Virus record (IMG/VR): IMGVR_UViG_3300015374_000001
Location: 1-64,000 of that record
DNA length: 64,000 nucleotides
DNA from: a virus
Direction: 5' to 3' (one strand)
Shown here: piece by piece, positions 55,154 to 64,000 of the stretch
Layout of the letters: each line of letters starts with the position of its first letter
How positions within the stretch are numbered: the first letter of the stretch is position 1
Notes under the pieces: generated by a model
Seen by the model: only the letters and a program-made list of their open reading frames with translations
Databases searched by the model: none
What the model was told of the DNA's origin: nothing
Made by a program: the position numbers and the translations under genes

Positions 55154-55764
55154 TAATTGTTTTAATCGTCGCGTTCCTGTTATTTTGGATCGGTTCCTTT
55201 TTCATCGGAACTAACGCGAATGCAGCAGGGCCGACGCAGCAACAAATAGATCAGGTAAATTATTGTATGGCAGTGCCCGGAGGCTGCCCTTCTTTAGGGA
55301 TTGTCACTTGGCCTGAGGAAAACACACCATCGGCCGGAGCGATTGCCTCGGGACCGAACGCAGGTGCAGCCTGTAAGTACGGCCTTAAGAATAAGTGGAG
55401 TTTGACTGCTTATTTTAAAACGATGGCTGTGGGTCAGAGTGTTCATGATTGGTGCTTTAAGAATGGCCGAATTGTCAAGCGAAATTCAACTAAATCAGTG
55501 AGCGTAAATGACTGGGGCCATTTCCTGCTCCGGTTCGTCGCTGTAGATCAGTGGGGGCACAATTATTGTGTCTACGCTCATCCAAGTGACACTTATCCGA
55601 CTAGCTGCGTGTATCGAGCACTTGGGATAATTGGTTGTTGTGCTGGAAAAGCATGGATTCAATCAACTAGCAGGTGTGCGGCGACAAGGATTTGTGCTTA
55701 TGTTTGCGGGCCGAAGGGTGCCTATCACTCTCGGCAAATCGTCATGGGCAATTGCCCTAGTTAG
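55084..55764 (+). CDS. membrane-anchored/secreted Cys-rich protein
   Basis: GGAGG RBS; TM then a 12-Cys domain. Confidence 0.7.
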   Translation: MEDSSSQFSASQWWQRIPVFAKVVIVLIVAFLLFWIGSFFIGTNANAAGPTQQQIDQVNYCMAVPGGCPSLGIVTWPEENTPSAGAIASGPNAGAACKYGLKNKWSLTAYFKTMAVGQSVHDWCFKNGRIVKRNSTKSVSVNDWGHFLLRFVAVDQWGHNYCVYAHPSDTYPTSCVYRALGIIGCCAGKAWIQSTSRCAATRICAYVCGPKGAYHSRQIVMGNCPS

Positions 55765-55787
55765 TTAATAGGCTAGAGGCTAAACCA

Positions 55788-56267
55788 ATGCGGGTGTTAG
55801 GTATTGATCCATCTAGCTCTTGCGTTGGTTTAGCCCTAGTCGTAGATGGGGAATTGGCTTATACACGGATCTGGAAACCAAGCAAGCCCAAGGATACTCA
55901 CGCAAACAAATTAAAAGAGTACGAGGGCTGGCTAAAATTTCAGGTCAAGTTAGCTAATCCAGATATTGCAGCAGTAGAGCAATTAAATTATGCAACACGC
56001 AGGATAGATGTAGTACGAGTAATTTCGTATTATGAGGGCGTCAGTCTCCTTGTTTGTGCAAAACGAGTAGCAATCGTAAAGTCAATCATGGTTTCGACTG
56101 CACGCGCTCATACGCTTGGCAAGGGCAATCTATCAAAGGAAGATTCGTTCAAGCAGGTCAAGCGTCTATTTCCGAAGCATAAATTTAGACACTTTGACCA
56201 AGGGGGAGGGGACGAATCAGATGCCGCGATCCTCGCAATCGCAGCGCCTTCTGTCGCTGAGCAATAA
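55788..56267 (+). CDS. ruvC: Holliday junction resolvase (RuvC-like)
   Basis: MRVLGIDPS, AVE, G.G...KE, DESDA. Confidence 0.85.
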   Translation: MRVLGIDPSSSCVGLALVVDGELAYTRIWKPSKPKDTHANKLKEYEGWLKFQVKLANPDIAAVEQLNYATRRIDVVRVISYYEGVSLLVCAKRVAIVKSIMVSTARAHTLGKGNLSKEDSFKQVKRLFPKHKFRHFDQGGGDESDAAILAIAAPSVAEQ

Positions 56268-56467
56268 TGAATATGCCTTTGGCTTCACTTTATACAATTT
56301 GCATAAAAACTTAGGCGCAATTTGTAGAGAAAGTGAAGCTTCTGAGGCTAGAGTTACCCTTCATACTGGCGACGGAAGCCCGTATGATGTAATATTTAGG
56401 GAAGGCTCTATATTTGTTGAATCAGATAGGGGCTTCTCTGAGATGAATAACGCAATTCAGCCTTTTA

Positions 56468-56495
56468 TTGACCAGTTTGGTTAAGCTGCTATACT
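56468..56495 (+). promoter_or_regulatory. promoter of packaging operon
   Basis: TTGACC-16-TATACT with TG extension. Confidence 0.6.
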
Positions 56496-56504
56496 GCCGC
56501 GCAA

Positions 56505-57212
56505 ATGGCTACAGAGCAGGCATTAGAGCCAATTGGGGGCGAGGATGATCTGGACGTTGGAATAACTGTCCAGCAGGTTCAGGCTCTCGACAAATTGGCT
56601 GAGCTAGGAGCCGAACCATATGGGGGCAAAGGCCCATACCACTCGGACCCTAAGATACGCGCGCTACAGCTTGTAGCTGAAGGTCGGCTTGGAGGAAATC
56701 AACGCGCCGGTCGCACGGGAGTTAGGAAAAAGCGCGCTTCACAAATTGTCTCGGATTGGGCAAGAGACAAGAAGATTGAGCAAATCAAGGCCGCTTATAA
56801 CCAAGCGCTTGACAGTGACAATGAACGCACTGCCATGGATGCAGCTAATCGCCTGCTCGATCTAGAGACAAAGAATGTCGAGATTGAACTTAAGGAGCAT
56901 CAGTCTGATATCGACCAGATGGATAGAGAGGATTTGATAGTTGCCTTCCTTGAAGTCCTCAACCGAGAAGACACCCAAGAAACAATTAAAGACTTCATCC
57001 CCGGCACCGCGCAAGAAATTAAAACGGAAGCGCTCACAACCGGAAACGGAAACCCCTCAGCCGAAGCAAATGGAGATTCCTCCGATGCTGGCAGCAATGG
57101 GGTACACAATGGAGCGGCTTCAGCAGATGCCGGTGGAGGATCTGAGGGAGTTAGTAAAGCGCGCCCGAAGTCTCTCAAAAAAGTTAAAAGACGACGGCCC
57201 GCAAAACGATGA
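56505..57212 (+). CDS. putative terminase small subunit
   Basis: Immediately upstream of large terminase; AMDAANRLLD helix. Confidence 0.6.
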   Translation: MATEQALEPIGGEDDLDVGITVQQVQALDKLAELGAEPYGGKGPYHSDPKIRALQLVAEGRLGGNQRAGRTGVRKKRASQIVSDWARDKKIEQIKAAYNQALDSDNERTAMDAANRLLDLETKNVEIELKEHQSDIDQMDREDLIVAFLEVLNREDTQETIKDFIPGTAQEIKTEALTTGNGNPSAEANGDSSDAGSNGVHNGAASADAGGGSEGVSKARPKSLKKVKRRRPAKR

Positions 57213-59028
57213 AGAGCTACATACTTGGTTAAAGAAAAACCTGCGGCTGGATATCCCACGGCACTCTGTCTGTGAGGATCACCAGTCGCCTTTTGATTTC
57301 TTTGCAGACCTGTATTTCGAGCGCCTGCATGTAGAAATTGATGGGGAAACCTATCCTGTTAACGGTGCGCTCGCGCTGGCGAATCGCGGCGGTTTCAAGA
57401 CAACTTCTGTAGCGGCTCTCCATTTTACTAATTGTACCTTCAAGCCAGGTTGCGGCTGCCTGAGCTTCGGCGCTACCCAACCACAGGGTATGCGTACTTA
57501 CACAAATGTAGAAGAGTGGGGCTACGAGCATGACCCGGACACCGGACGGCGAACCGATAAAGTTCAGGATTTCCTTAGGGACGCTCCGAAGAAGTCACAT
57601 ACAGAATGGAAGACTGGTTCGGAAATTGAGGTTGTGTCTGGTACTGAAGAATCAGTCTCCGGTCCTCACCCGCAGAAAGCCCACGCGGATGAAATTGATC
57701 AAATGACTCATGGCCAGTGGAACCAGTCGCGCGGCATGGCGGTATCTCGTGCAGCGACAGGTCCACTACCCGCCTTTATGGAGCATATGCATGGCGTCAT
57801 TCCTCCGCAGAACATCGCCACCTCCACGCGCAACAGCCTCAAGGGCTTGATGCAGGAGCTATTAGATGAAATAGATGAAGATATTGCGTCTGGCAATATC
57901 CCTCGATACATCGTCTACATCTGGTGCATTTGGGAAACCATCGCTGAAGTGCCTAATTGTCGGCAGGCACCAGCTAAGGAACGTGAAGCTCGCCTTAAAG
58001 AACTTGGCCGTGACCCCAAAGAGCTTTGCATGTGCAATAAAGTTAATAAGGGGCGCATCAAGGTTAAGGGTGAAGATGGTGATGAGACTTTTGTAACGCG
58101 CACTCTTGAAGGTGTTTGTGAAGGCAAAGCATTTAGGGCTCGCGGCGTTAAGCCCTATCAGGATTTAGTCACAGCATTTAAGGAAAACCCACCTGGCAAC
58201 TGGGTTCTACAGCATGAATGTAGAGAAGGCCGAGATGAAAATGTTTACATTGATGAGTGGGACCTAAGTACGTATGGAATCAGAAATTACGAGCCTCGTC
58301 CAGAGTACGGACCGATCTACATGGGGATCGACTGGGGCGGTACCAACCCTTATGCTGTTTTGTGGATTCAATATCTCAGAGTTGATGTGCCAGCGTGGGA
58401 CTTTAATTATGACCCCATTTGGATCAGTAAAGATACCTATGTTGGATTTAGAGAAATTTATGCTGCCTCCACAATGGACACAGGCTTACTCGCTTCACAG
58501 GTAGTCCGTATCGAGAACGCCTATCGTGAAGAATTTCCTGGCTTTAATGTAAAGAACCGCTTCGCTGATATGCAGGGTCGAGGCGACAGGCTTTTATTCC
58601 AGCGCAAGGGGCTCAAGACAACCTGGCCGATCAAGACTCGCCAAAAGGATCGATTCATCAGTGCAGTACAAAATCTTGTTATTGATGATCGATGGGTTGT
58701 CGATGCCAGTTGCGAGATGTTTTGTGAAGAGATAGAAGTTTGGCAGCAGAACCCCAACACAAAACTTGAAGTCGATCAGATGAACCACCTCATGTCAGCC
58801 TGGCGGTATGCCATCGCCAATGCTGAATTACTAGAAAATCCAGAGCGCGATAAGGAAGTCAAGGAACGCAAGGCTCGTGAGGCTGAGATGCGCCGTGTGA
58901 GTGGTGTAAAGCGCCTCACACCGGCCGAGATGGACGAGAAGAACATGCCGGTCACAGAGCGTGTAGGAGCGGTTACAATAGACCGCCATATGACTGATTG
59001 GGAGCGCCAAAATGGGAGCCTTAGGTAA
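57070..59028 (+). CDS. terminase large subunit (start uncertain)
   Basis: ANRGGFKT, HADEID, ATST, MGIDWG, NH.M.AWRY. Confidence 0.9.
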   Translation: MEIPPMLAAMGYTMERLQQMPVEDLRELVKRARSLSKKLKDDGPQNDEELHTWLKKNLRLDIPRHSVCEDHQSPFDFFADLYFERLHVEIDGETYPVNGALALANRGGFKTTSVAALHFTNCTFKPGCGCLSFGATQPQGMRTYTNVEEWGYEHDPDTGRRTDKVQDFLRDAPKKSHTEWKTGSEIEVVSGTEESVSGPHPQKAHADEIDQMTHGQWNQSRGMAVSRAATGPLPAFMEHMHGVIPPQNIATSTRNSLKGLMQELLDEIDEDIASGNIPRYIVYIWCIWETIAEVPNCRQAPAKEREARLKELGRDPKELCMCNKVNKGRIKVKGEDGDETFVTRTLEGVCEGKAFRARGVKPYQDLVTAFKENPPGNWVLQHECREGRDENVYIDEWDLSTYGIRNYEPRPEYGPIYMGIDWGGTNPYAVLWIQYLRVDVPAWDFNYDPIWISKDTYVGFREIYAASTMDTGLLASQVVRIENAYREEFPGFNVKNRFADMQGRGDRLLFQRKGLKTTWPIKTRQKDRFISAVQNLVIDDRWVVDASCEMFCEEIEVWQQNPNTKLEVDQMNHLMSAWRYAIANAELLENPERDKEVKERKAREAEMRRVSGVKRLTPAEMDEKNMPVTERVGAVTIDRHMTDWERQNGSLR

Positions 59029-61706
59029 TGCCTGACGAACAGATTAAGTCTTCCCTAGAGAGCGGGGAAATTGGGCCTGAAGAGAAGGCCACAATTGAGA
59101 AGTCTATTAAGCAAAAAGAGCAAGCGCCTCGGATGGAGGAACAGTCCGAGAGCATTGTCGATTGGCGCAGGGTAAGGGATCAACTTGGTGACCCGTTCAA
59201 CCGAGAACGCATCCCTTTTACTAAATTAAGGCAGATGCGGATCGATACCATGATTGCCTTTGCGCTTCACTACATCATGGTCCCGCTCATTCGAGCGCCG
59301 TATCACTTCGAAGCTTTCAATAATCAAGGCCCTAATGCTCAGGTCGCCGCGTTCATGCACGAGGCGTACAAAATGATTCACGGGCCTTATATGGATCAGC
59401 GTCAGGGCGCACTTGAGTTCGGCTTTCAGGCAATGTCGAAGCGCTTCCAGCATAAAAACCCTGGCGGTCTTTTCGTAGATACTGCTGAAGAAAATGATGA
59501 AAATAAAATCAAGCCCACGTGGAGTGAAGGAACGATTGAGCCGATTATCTGGAAGCCGTTCATCGGATTAATTCCAGAGAAGGTTGATCCGGTATGGGAT
59601 AAGGACGGCAACTTTGATGGGATGCTTTATGAATTACCCCAAAGGTCTGCTCAAGCTGGACAGGGTTTCCAGGGCGCTAGCTCTCGCGGCGGGGGCAAGA
59701 CTAAGCAGACTCTTGAAATTGATGTTTATCACTCGCTCTGGATTACCAACGAGAAACATAAATTCTGGGGTTCCATCTACGGGTTTCCTCGAATTTCCTA
59801 CTCATATCCCTACTGGTGGAGCTACTGGTTCCGTTGGGCGATGGCAGATCGTGCCTTCGAGCGAATGGCCATCCCGCCCATGGTTGCGTATCATCCCGTC
59901 GGCTCATACAGCGATCCCGAAGAGCCTGGATCTGAATCAATTCCAAACTGGACCATCGCACTGGAAGCTGCACGTGCCTTGCGTTCTAATTCAATCGCCG
60001 CAGTACCATCCACACTGGCCTCCACTGGTTTAGACGAGCGTGGTACTCAGCTTCGTGAGTGGGAATTTTCTTTTATTGAGCCATCTGGTCGTAACTTCGA
60101 ACTATTAGATAAATCGTTCGGGTATCTCGACAAGATGAAGTTGATCAGCATGTTCATCCCTGAGCAAGCACTGATGGAGGGTGAAGGTGGAACTTCATCT
60201 AGAAATGTCGCTGAGCAATTCGCCGACATATTCATTCAATCTGAAGGAACACTTCAGCAACAGGTTGATCAAGAACAGAATCAATACGTATTTCCACAGA
60301 TCGCCGCAGTCAACTTCCCTGAATTTATGGCTGATGGAGGCATCGTTAGGAAGGTGTCTCATGGTATGTCTGCCGCCGATCAGGAATTCGTCAAGCAGTT
60401 AATTCAATTAATAGGCCAGAATGATCCTGAGAAGCTTGGCGTAGATATCAAGGCAATTCTGGAAGAACTACGCACGCCGGTCTTAGATCCTGTCGCACAA
60501 CAGCAGGAACGTTTACGGGCAATTGCTGATGCTGCCGCAGCACAACCTCCGACCGGCCCGACCGCTGTTCCTGGTCTGTCGATTGCTCAAGCGGGAACCA
60601 ATAACGTGCCGCTTCCCTCTACCGGTGCATCAAATGGCGGCAGCGTGCCTAACGCTACGAATGGCGCAGGCAACCTTGGCTTCAGTGAGCCGCCTAATTT
60701 ATATATTCAGCACGAGCCGCCAATATTCTTGGATGACAACAGTGACTTTATCTCAGGTCTTCCGCCGACCAAGCATTACGCCGATGAAGCAATTAAGGCG
60801 CTGGCTATACAAATGCGCCTTGCTTGGAAGAATCATCTGGCTAGTCTTTACACATCGTTCGCAACTTATATGGCTACTCAGCCAGATTTGGAGTTTGCTG
60901 ATAAAACAAAGATCGGTATCTCGCTTACGCGCGCAAAAGATATCGCAACAGAACTTCTCAAGCATTGGGAATTCGCAACAAGTAAACTTGAATCTATCAC
61001 CACAGCCAGTCGAAACGCTCTGGATCGAATTGTTAAACGCCAGGTACGACAGGAAGCGCTAAGACTGAATACCGAAGTCGAGCTTCCTGAGGATGCATTT
61101 AATAATTGGATTGAGTCTCAGACTGGAAGGCTCATTAAGTCAGTTCATGGCACTGTTCGTGATCAGCTTCACGATTACCTCGTTGGTGCTATTCGTGATG
61201 GTAAAACGATGGGCGAGATGAGCCAGGGGATACGCGAGCATTTTGATGAATTTCCTGACTGGAAGACAACGCAGATAGCTCGTTCGGAAACTCGGGATGC
61301 AGTAAATGCTGCCACGCTGCTGACGGCGCAAGCTGTTGGGGCTCGTTATGTAGCCGCGCGTGATGCTCAGCTTCCTGGGCCGACCGATAAGGAATGCGAG
61401 GATCGGGACGGCAAGCTCTACACCGTGCGCGAGGCATGGGCACAGATCGGCCCGAAGCATACGCATCCGAATGACACGCTCGAATTAGAAATTGTGCCGC
61501 GTGCCAATCTGGTCTTCGAAGATGTTGAGATAATGCCAGAGGATGCACCCGAGGGAGCACTGGCTTTCTTCGATTCAGATAATAGTCGGATCGTATTCCT
61601 CAGCGATGGGGTTGACGATGATCAGCGAGCACAGTACGCCATTGAAGTGGTCCGCCAATTAATTGCTACGGAATCCATGGAGCGCGTCAATGGCCATGCC
61701 GGTTGA
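59028..61706 (+). CDS. portal protein fused to MuF-like minor head domain
   Basis: DUF935-like N-terminal part after terminase; C-terminal IARSET..A.N...C...DG...HPND. Confidence 0.85.
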   Translation: MPDEQIKSSLESGEIGPEEKATIEKSIKQKEQAPRMEEQSESIVDWRRVRDQLGDPFNRERIPFTKLRQMRIDTMIAFALHYIMVPLIRAPYHFEAFNNQGPNAQVAAFMHEAYKMIHGPYMDQRQGALEFGFQAMSKRFQHKNPGGLFVDTAEENDENKIKPTWSEGTIEPIIWKPFIGLIPEKVDPVWDKDGNFDGMLYELPQRSAQAGQGFQGASSRGGGKTKQTLEIDVYHSLWITNEKHKFWGSIYGFPRISYSYPYWWSYWFRWAMADRAFERMAIPPMVAYHPVGSYSDPEEPGSESIPNWTIALEAARALRSNSIAAVPSTLASTGLDERGTQLREWEFSFIEPSGRNFELLDKSFGYLDKMKLISMFIPEQALMEGEGGTSSRNVAEQFADIFIQSEGTLQQQVDQEQNQYVFPQIAAVNFPEFMADGGIVRKVSHGMSAADQEFVKQLIQLIGQNDPEKLGVDIKAILEELRTPVLDPVAQQQERLRAIADAAAAQPPTGPTAVPGLSIAQAGTNNVPLPSTGASNGGSVPNATNGAGNLGFSEPPNLYIQHEPPIFLDDNSDFISGLPPTKHYADEAIKALAIQMRLAWKNHLASLYTSFATYMATQPDLEFADKTKIGISLTRAKDIATELLKHWEFATSKLESITTASRNALDRIVKRQVRQEALRLNTEVELPEDAFNNWIESQTGRLIKSVHGTVRDQLHDYLVGAIRDGKTMGEMSQGIREHFDEFPDWKTTQIARSETRDAVNAATLLTAQAVGARYVAARDAQLPGPTDKECEDRDGKLYTVREAWAQIGPKHTHPNDTLELEIVPRANLVFEDVEIMPEDAPEGALAFFDSDNSRIVFLSDGVDDDQRAQYAIEVVRQLIATESMERVNGHAG

Positions 61707-62802
61707 TAAAAACGGCTTTCCGATTCTGCTGGCCCAAGCTCCGGGCCAGGTAGCCGATCAAGGTGTGCCGTCTGGTGCATCAGTACAGCGCGACACTCAG
61801 CACGGTAACCCTTGGTTCGATCCTAAGACAGGGCGCTTCAGCAACGGGCCTGCCAATATGAAAATAGTTGCGGGTGGTCAGTTATTTGAGAAGCTGATCA
61901 ATGTTTCTCGTCAACTAATTCAGCGCAATATCGAGATGACCAAGGCTGATCAGATCGCGCTCTATCAAGTCGGCAACAGCATCAAGGTTGTATTGCTTGT
62001 GAACGGCTCGCCACGAGCTTCCTTCCAAGTACCGTCAGAAGATACGCCGGAAGATGAATTTAATGTCGCGGAACTAGAAGGGCAGGCTGGCCTCGGTGAT
62101 CCTACTGGACCTAAGAATAGATCTGACTTACCCGATGGAATTGATGAACTCCAATGGGAACGCCGCCTTGACGCAGTTAGAGACTTGGCCCGAACCTCCG
62201 ACACCCTGGAACCAGAAGATGTTAAACAATGGCTTGAAGATCGAGCCAAGGAAATCAGTAGTATCGATATTGATCAATTTATTCGAGATGTAAGAGCCCA
62301 TCGGCTTGACGATCTAGCTGATGCGATAAACACGAACCAGATGACTGCGCAAGAGAAGCGTGGACAAGTCCGTGTAGCTGCTCCGCAGAAATGGATCAAT
62401 GACAACATGCAGGGGCTAGAGGATCATGAAATCCTCAAGCTTGCCAATCGTCTTCAGGCTCGTGGATGGTCTGACGAGGATCTTAAATCAAAGGTATTGG
62501 CGAAGATCAAGGATGAGTCGCGGCGGACTGATCTTGAACAAAAGCTTGGCGAAGAGCCGCAGATACCAGAGCCAGCGCCAGTGCAGCTTGAGGATCTTCA
62601 GATAGCTGAGACTACTGAAGAAAGCCAATGGCAAAAAGACGTACAACAATTCTTTATGGATGCAATGAAGAGTATGCCACCGCCTCAGGTGAATGTAGAA
62701 GTGCCCGTGACTGTTGAGCGTGGCACGACCAATCGTAAAGTCATCCGTGATGAGCGCGGATATATTTCAGAAATAGTGGAGTCAAATGACAGTAGCGATT
62801 GA
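61690..62802 (+). CDS. hypothetical head-associated protein
   Basis: NPWFDPKTGRF motif; C-terminal PPQVNV...RKVIRDERG. Confidence 0.7.
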   Translation: MAMPVDKNGFPILLAQAPGQVADQGVPSGASVQRDTQHGNPWFDPKTGRFSNGPANMKIVAGGQLFEKLINVSRQLIQRNIEMTKADQIALYQVGNSIKVVLLVNGSPRASFQVPSEDTPEDEFNVAELEGQAGLGDPTGPKNRSDLPDGIDELQWERRLDAVRDLARTSDTLEPEDVKQWLEDRAKEISSIDIDQFIRDVRAHRLDDLADAINTNQMTAQEKRGQVRVAAPQKWINDNMQGLEDHEILKLANRLQARGWSDEDLKSKVLAKIKDESRRTDLEQKLGEEPQIPEPAPVQLEDLQIAETTEESQWQKDVQQFFMDAMKSMPPPQVNVEVPVTVERGTTNRKVIRDERGYISEIVESNDSSD

Positions 62803-63148
62803 ATTCGAGCCAGTCGATAGCGATACGCTCAATCTGTCTGAAGAGCTAGAGACAGGCGAAGCCGGTACAGGTCAACTCAAGCAGCTTGAGATAACTAATA
62901 CTGGCGATGAACAAATAGCTGAGATAACCGTGGGCCTTGGTGGCCCTGGTGCTGGCTTTGTGCAGCTTGCAGTTGATAAAAAGAATCAGCCAGGTGTATT
63001 TGCAGCACGCGGCGAAGAGATAGTAATGAAAAACTTGAATCTCCGCAAAGGATCTAAGGTCCGTTTTTGGAGTCGAGCGGCATTCTCTGAAGATGACGCG
63101 CATTTGAATCTGCCATTTGATTACGGCTTTGAGGTGAAGACTCCCTAA
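62786..63148 (+). CDS. hypothetical beta-rich structural protein
   Basis: GGAG RBS; ITNTGD. Confidence 0.65.
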   Translation: MTVAIEFEPVDSDTLNLSEELETGEAGTGQLKQLEITNTGDEQIAEITVGLGGPGAGFVQLAVDKKNQPGVFAARGEEIVMKNLNLRKGSKVRFWSRAAFSEDDAHLNLPFDYGFEVKTP

Positions 63149-64000
63149 TGGCCGACGCACTTGCTAATTTCGCTGATTCATTAGTAGCTACTGCGCCGTC
63201 CCCGGCTAGTTCGGGAACTTCGCTTGTAATGTCTACGGGCGATGGGGCTAATTTCCCCACGCCTCCATTTAATGCAGTTGTATGTCCAGCGAATGTAGCT
63301 CGCCCCAGCTTAGCTAATTCAGAAATCATTCGCTGTACGGCGAAAAGCAGCGATACGCTGAGCACAATCGTAAGAGCACAAGAGGGAACATCGGCTAGAT
63401 CAATTGCTGTAGGGGATCGTATCTATATCCCATTCAGCAAAAAGTATTATGACGATATAAATACTTCAATAGCAGCAAAGCAAGATGCTGATTCTGATCT
63501 AACAGACTTTGCTGCTTTGAGCGGCAATAACAAAATGATCTACCGCGATGGGTCAGGTATTTATCAGGTATCCGACCTAACCGCAGCCGGTAGAGCAATT
63601 TTAGATGACGCTGATGCTACGGCTCAACGCGCGACGTTGGACGTATATTCGACATCGCAGATTACTTTTATTACTTCGACTTATGTGGATCGTACAATTG
63701 CTACTGGAAAGGGTGACATTTTTGCGGCTAGCGCGAATGATAGCCCCGCCATTTTGGCAGCAGGTGCTAATGAATTAGTACCTATTTACGATTCCACTCA
63801 GACGCCTGGATTAAAAACTGGAATACCATTAGCAGCAGTCCGTCATAAAACTCTTGTCGCTAACACTGTAGGTCTGATTCCAGCGAGCACGGCAGCAGGT
63901 AACTACGGATTCAATATGAGCGGTGCCGCTGGTACCACTGTTGGTTCAAACGCCAACGGAGTTTTTATCGTAGATGCAGCAAATGACTGGACTCTTTCTG
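63148..64000 (+). CDS. fibre-like structural protein (partial, runs off window), not in ORF track
   Basis: MADALANFADS...EII......DTL..IVRAQEGT.AR...GD, then KQDADSDLT...LTAAGRAILDDADATAQRATL. Confidence 0.75.
   Translation, partial: MADALANFADSLVATAPSPASSGTSLVMSTGDGANFPTPPFNAVVCPANVARPSLANSEIIRCTAKSSDTLSTIVRAQEGTSARSIAVGDRIYIPFSKKYYDDINTSIAAKQDADSDLTDFAALSGNNKMIYRDGSGIYQVSDLTAAGRAILDDADATAQRATLDVYSTSQITFITSTYVDRTIATGKGDIFAASANDSPAILAAGANELVPIYDSTQTPGLKTGIPLAAVRHKTLVANTVGLIPASTAAGNYGFNMSGAAGTTVGSNANGVFIVDAANDWTLS

Noticed and set aside
56116-56484. ORF downstream of ruvC
   Set aside because: The 3' part probably codes for a small protein but no defensible start could be chosen, so it is not listed

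Overview
The whole window is part of a tailed dsDNA phage genome (siphovirus-like Caudoviricetes, about 50% GC). No integrase, tRNA, CRISPR array or reverse transcriptase was seen. Layout: 1-1.3 kb is an array of strong leftward TTGACA-17/18-TAnnnT promoters. 1.5-12 kb holds two divergent clusters of small early genes, including a CAP-domain protein, a SAM methyltransferase, a release-factor-like domain lacking GGQ, a TopoVI-A-like Toprim protein and several HTH proteins. 12.4-32.6 kb is head and tail: Mu-like protease, scaffold, gpD-like decoration, gpE-like capsid, tail tube, -1 frameshifted tail chaperones, a 2484-aa tape measure carrying peptidase-, lysozyme- and SGNH-esterase-like modules, Dit, Tal-like and a collar fibre. 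32.6-34.7 kb has five membrane proteins. 34.7-38.5 kb is dense in structured RNAs around an SF2 helicase, a collagen-like protein and RNase HI. 38.5-56.3 kb is replication/recombination: DnaB, SLOG, NADAR, primase, SSB, AT-hook protein, DnaE, NlpC/P60 lysin, RecA, Cas4-like nuclease, an acidic protein and RuvC. 56.5-64 kb has the terminases, a portal-MuF fusion and the start of a second structural block. Leaderless promoters and protein motifs suggest an actinobacterial host, possibly Thermoleophilia (inference). Best leads: the PGQ release-factor mimic, the multi-enzyme tape measure, a shared basic-tail + NP[WF] motif across replisome proteins, the AT-hook protein with apparent AATTA enrichment, and stand-alone sRNA candidates. 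All family calls are from motif recognition by eye; no searches were run.
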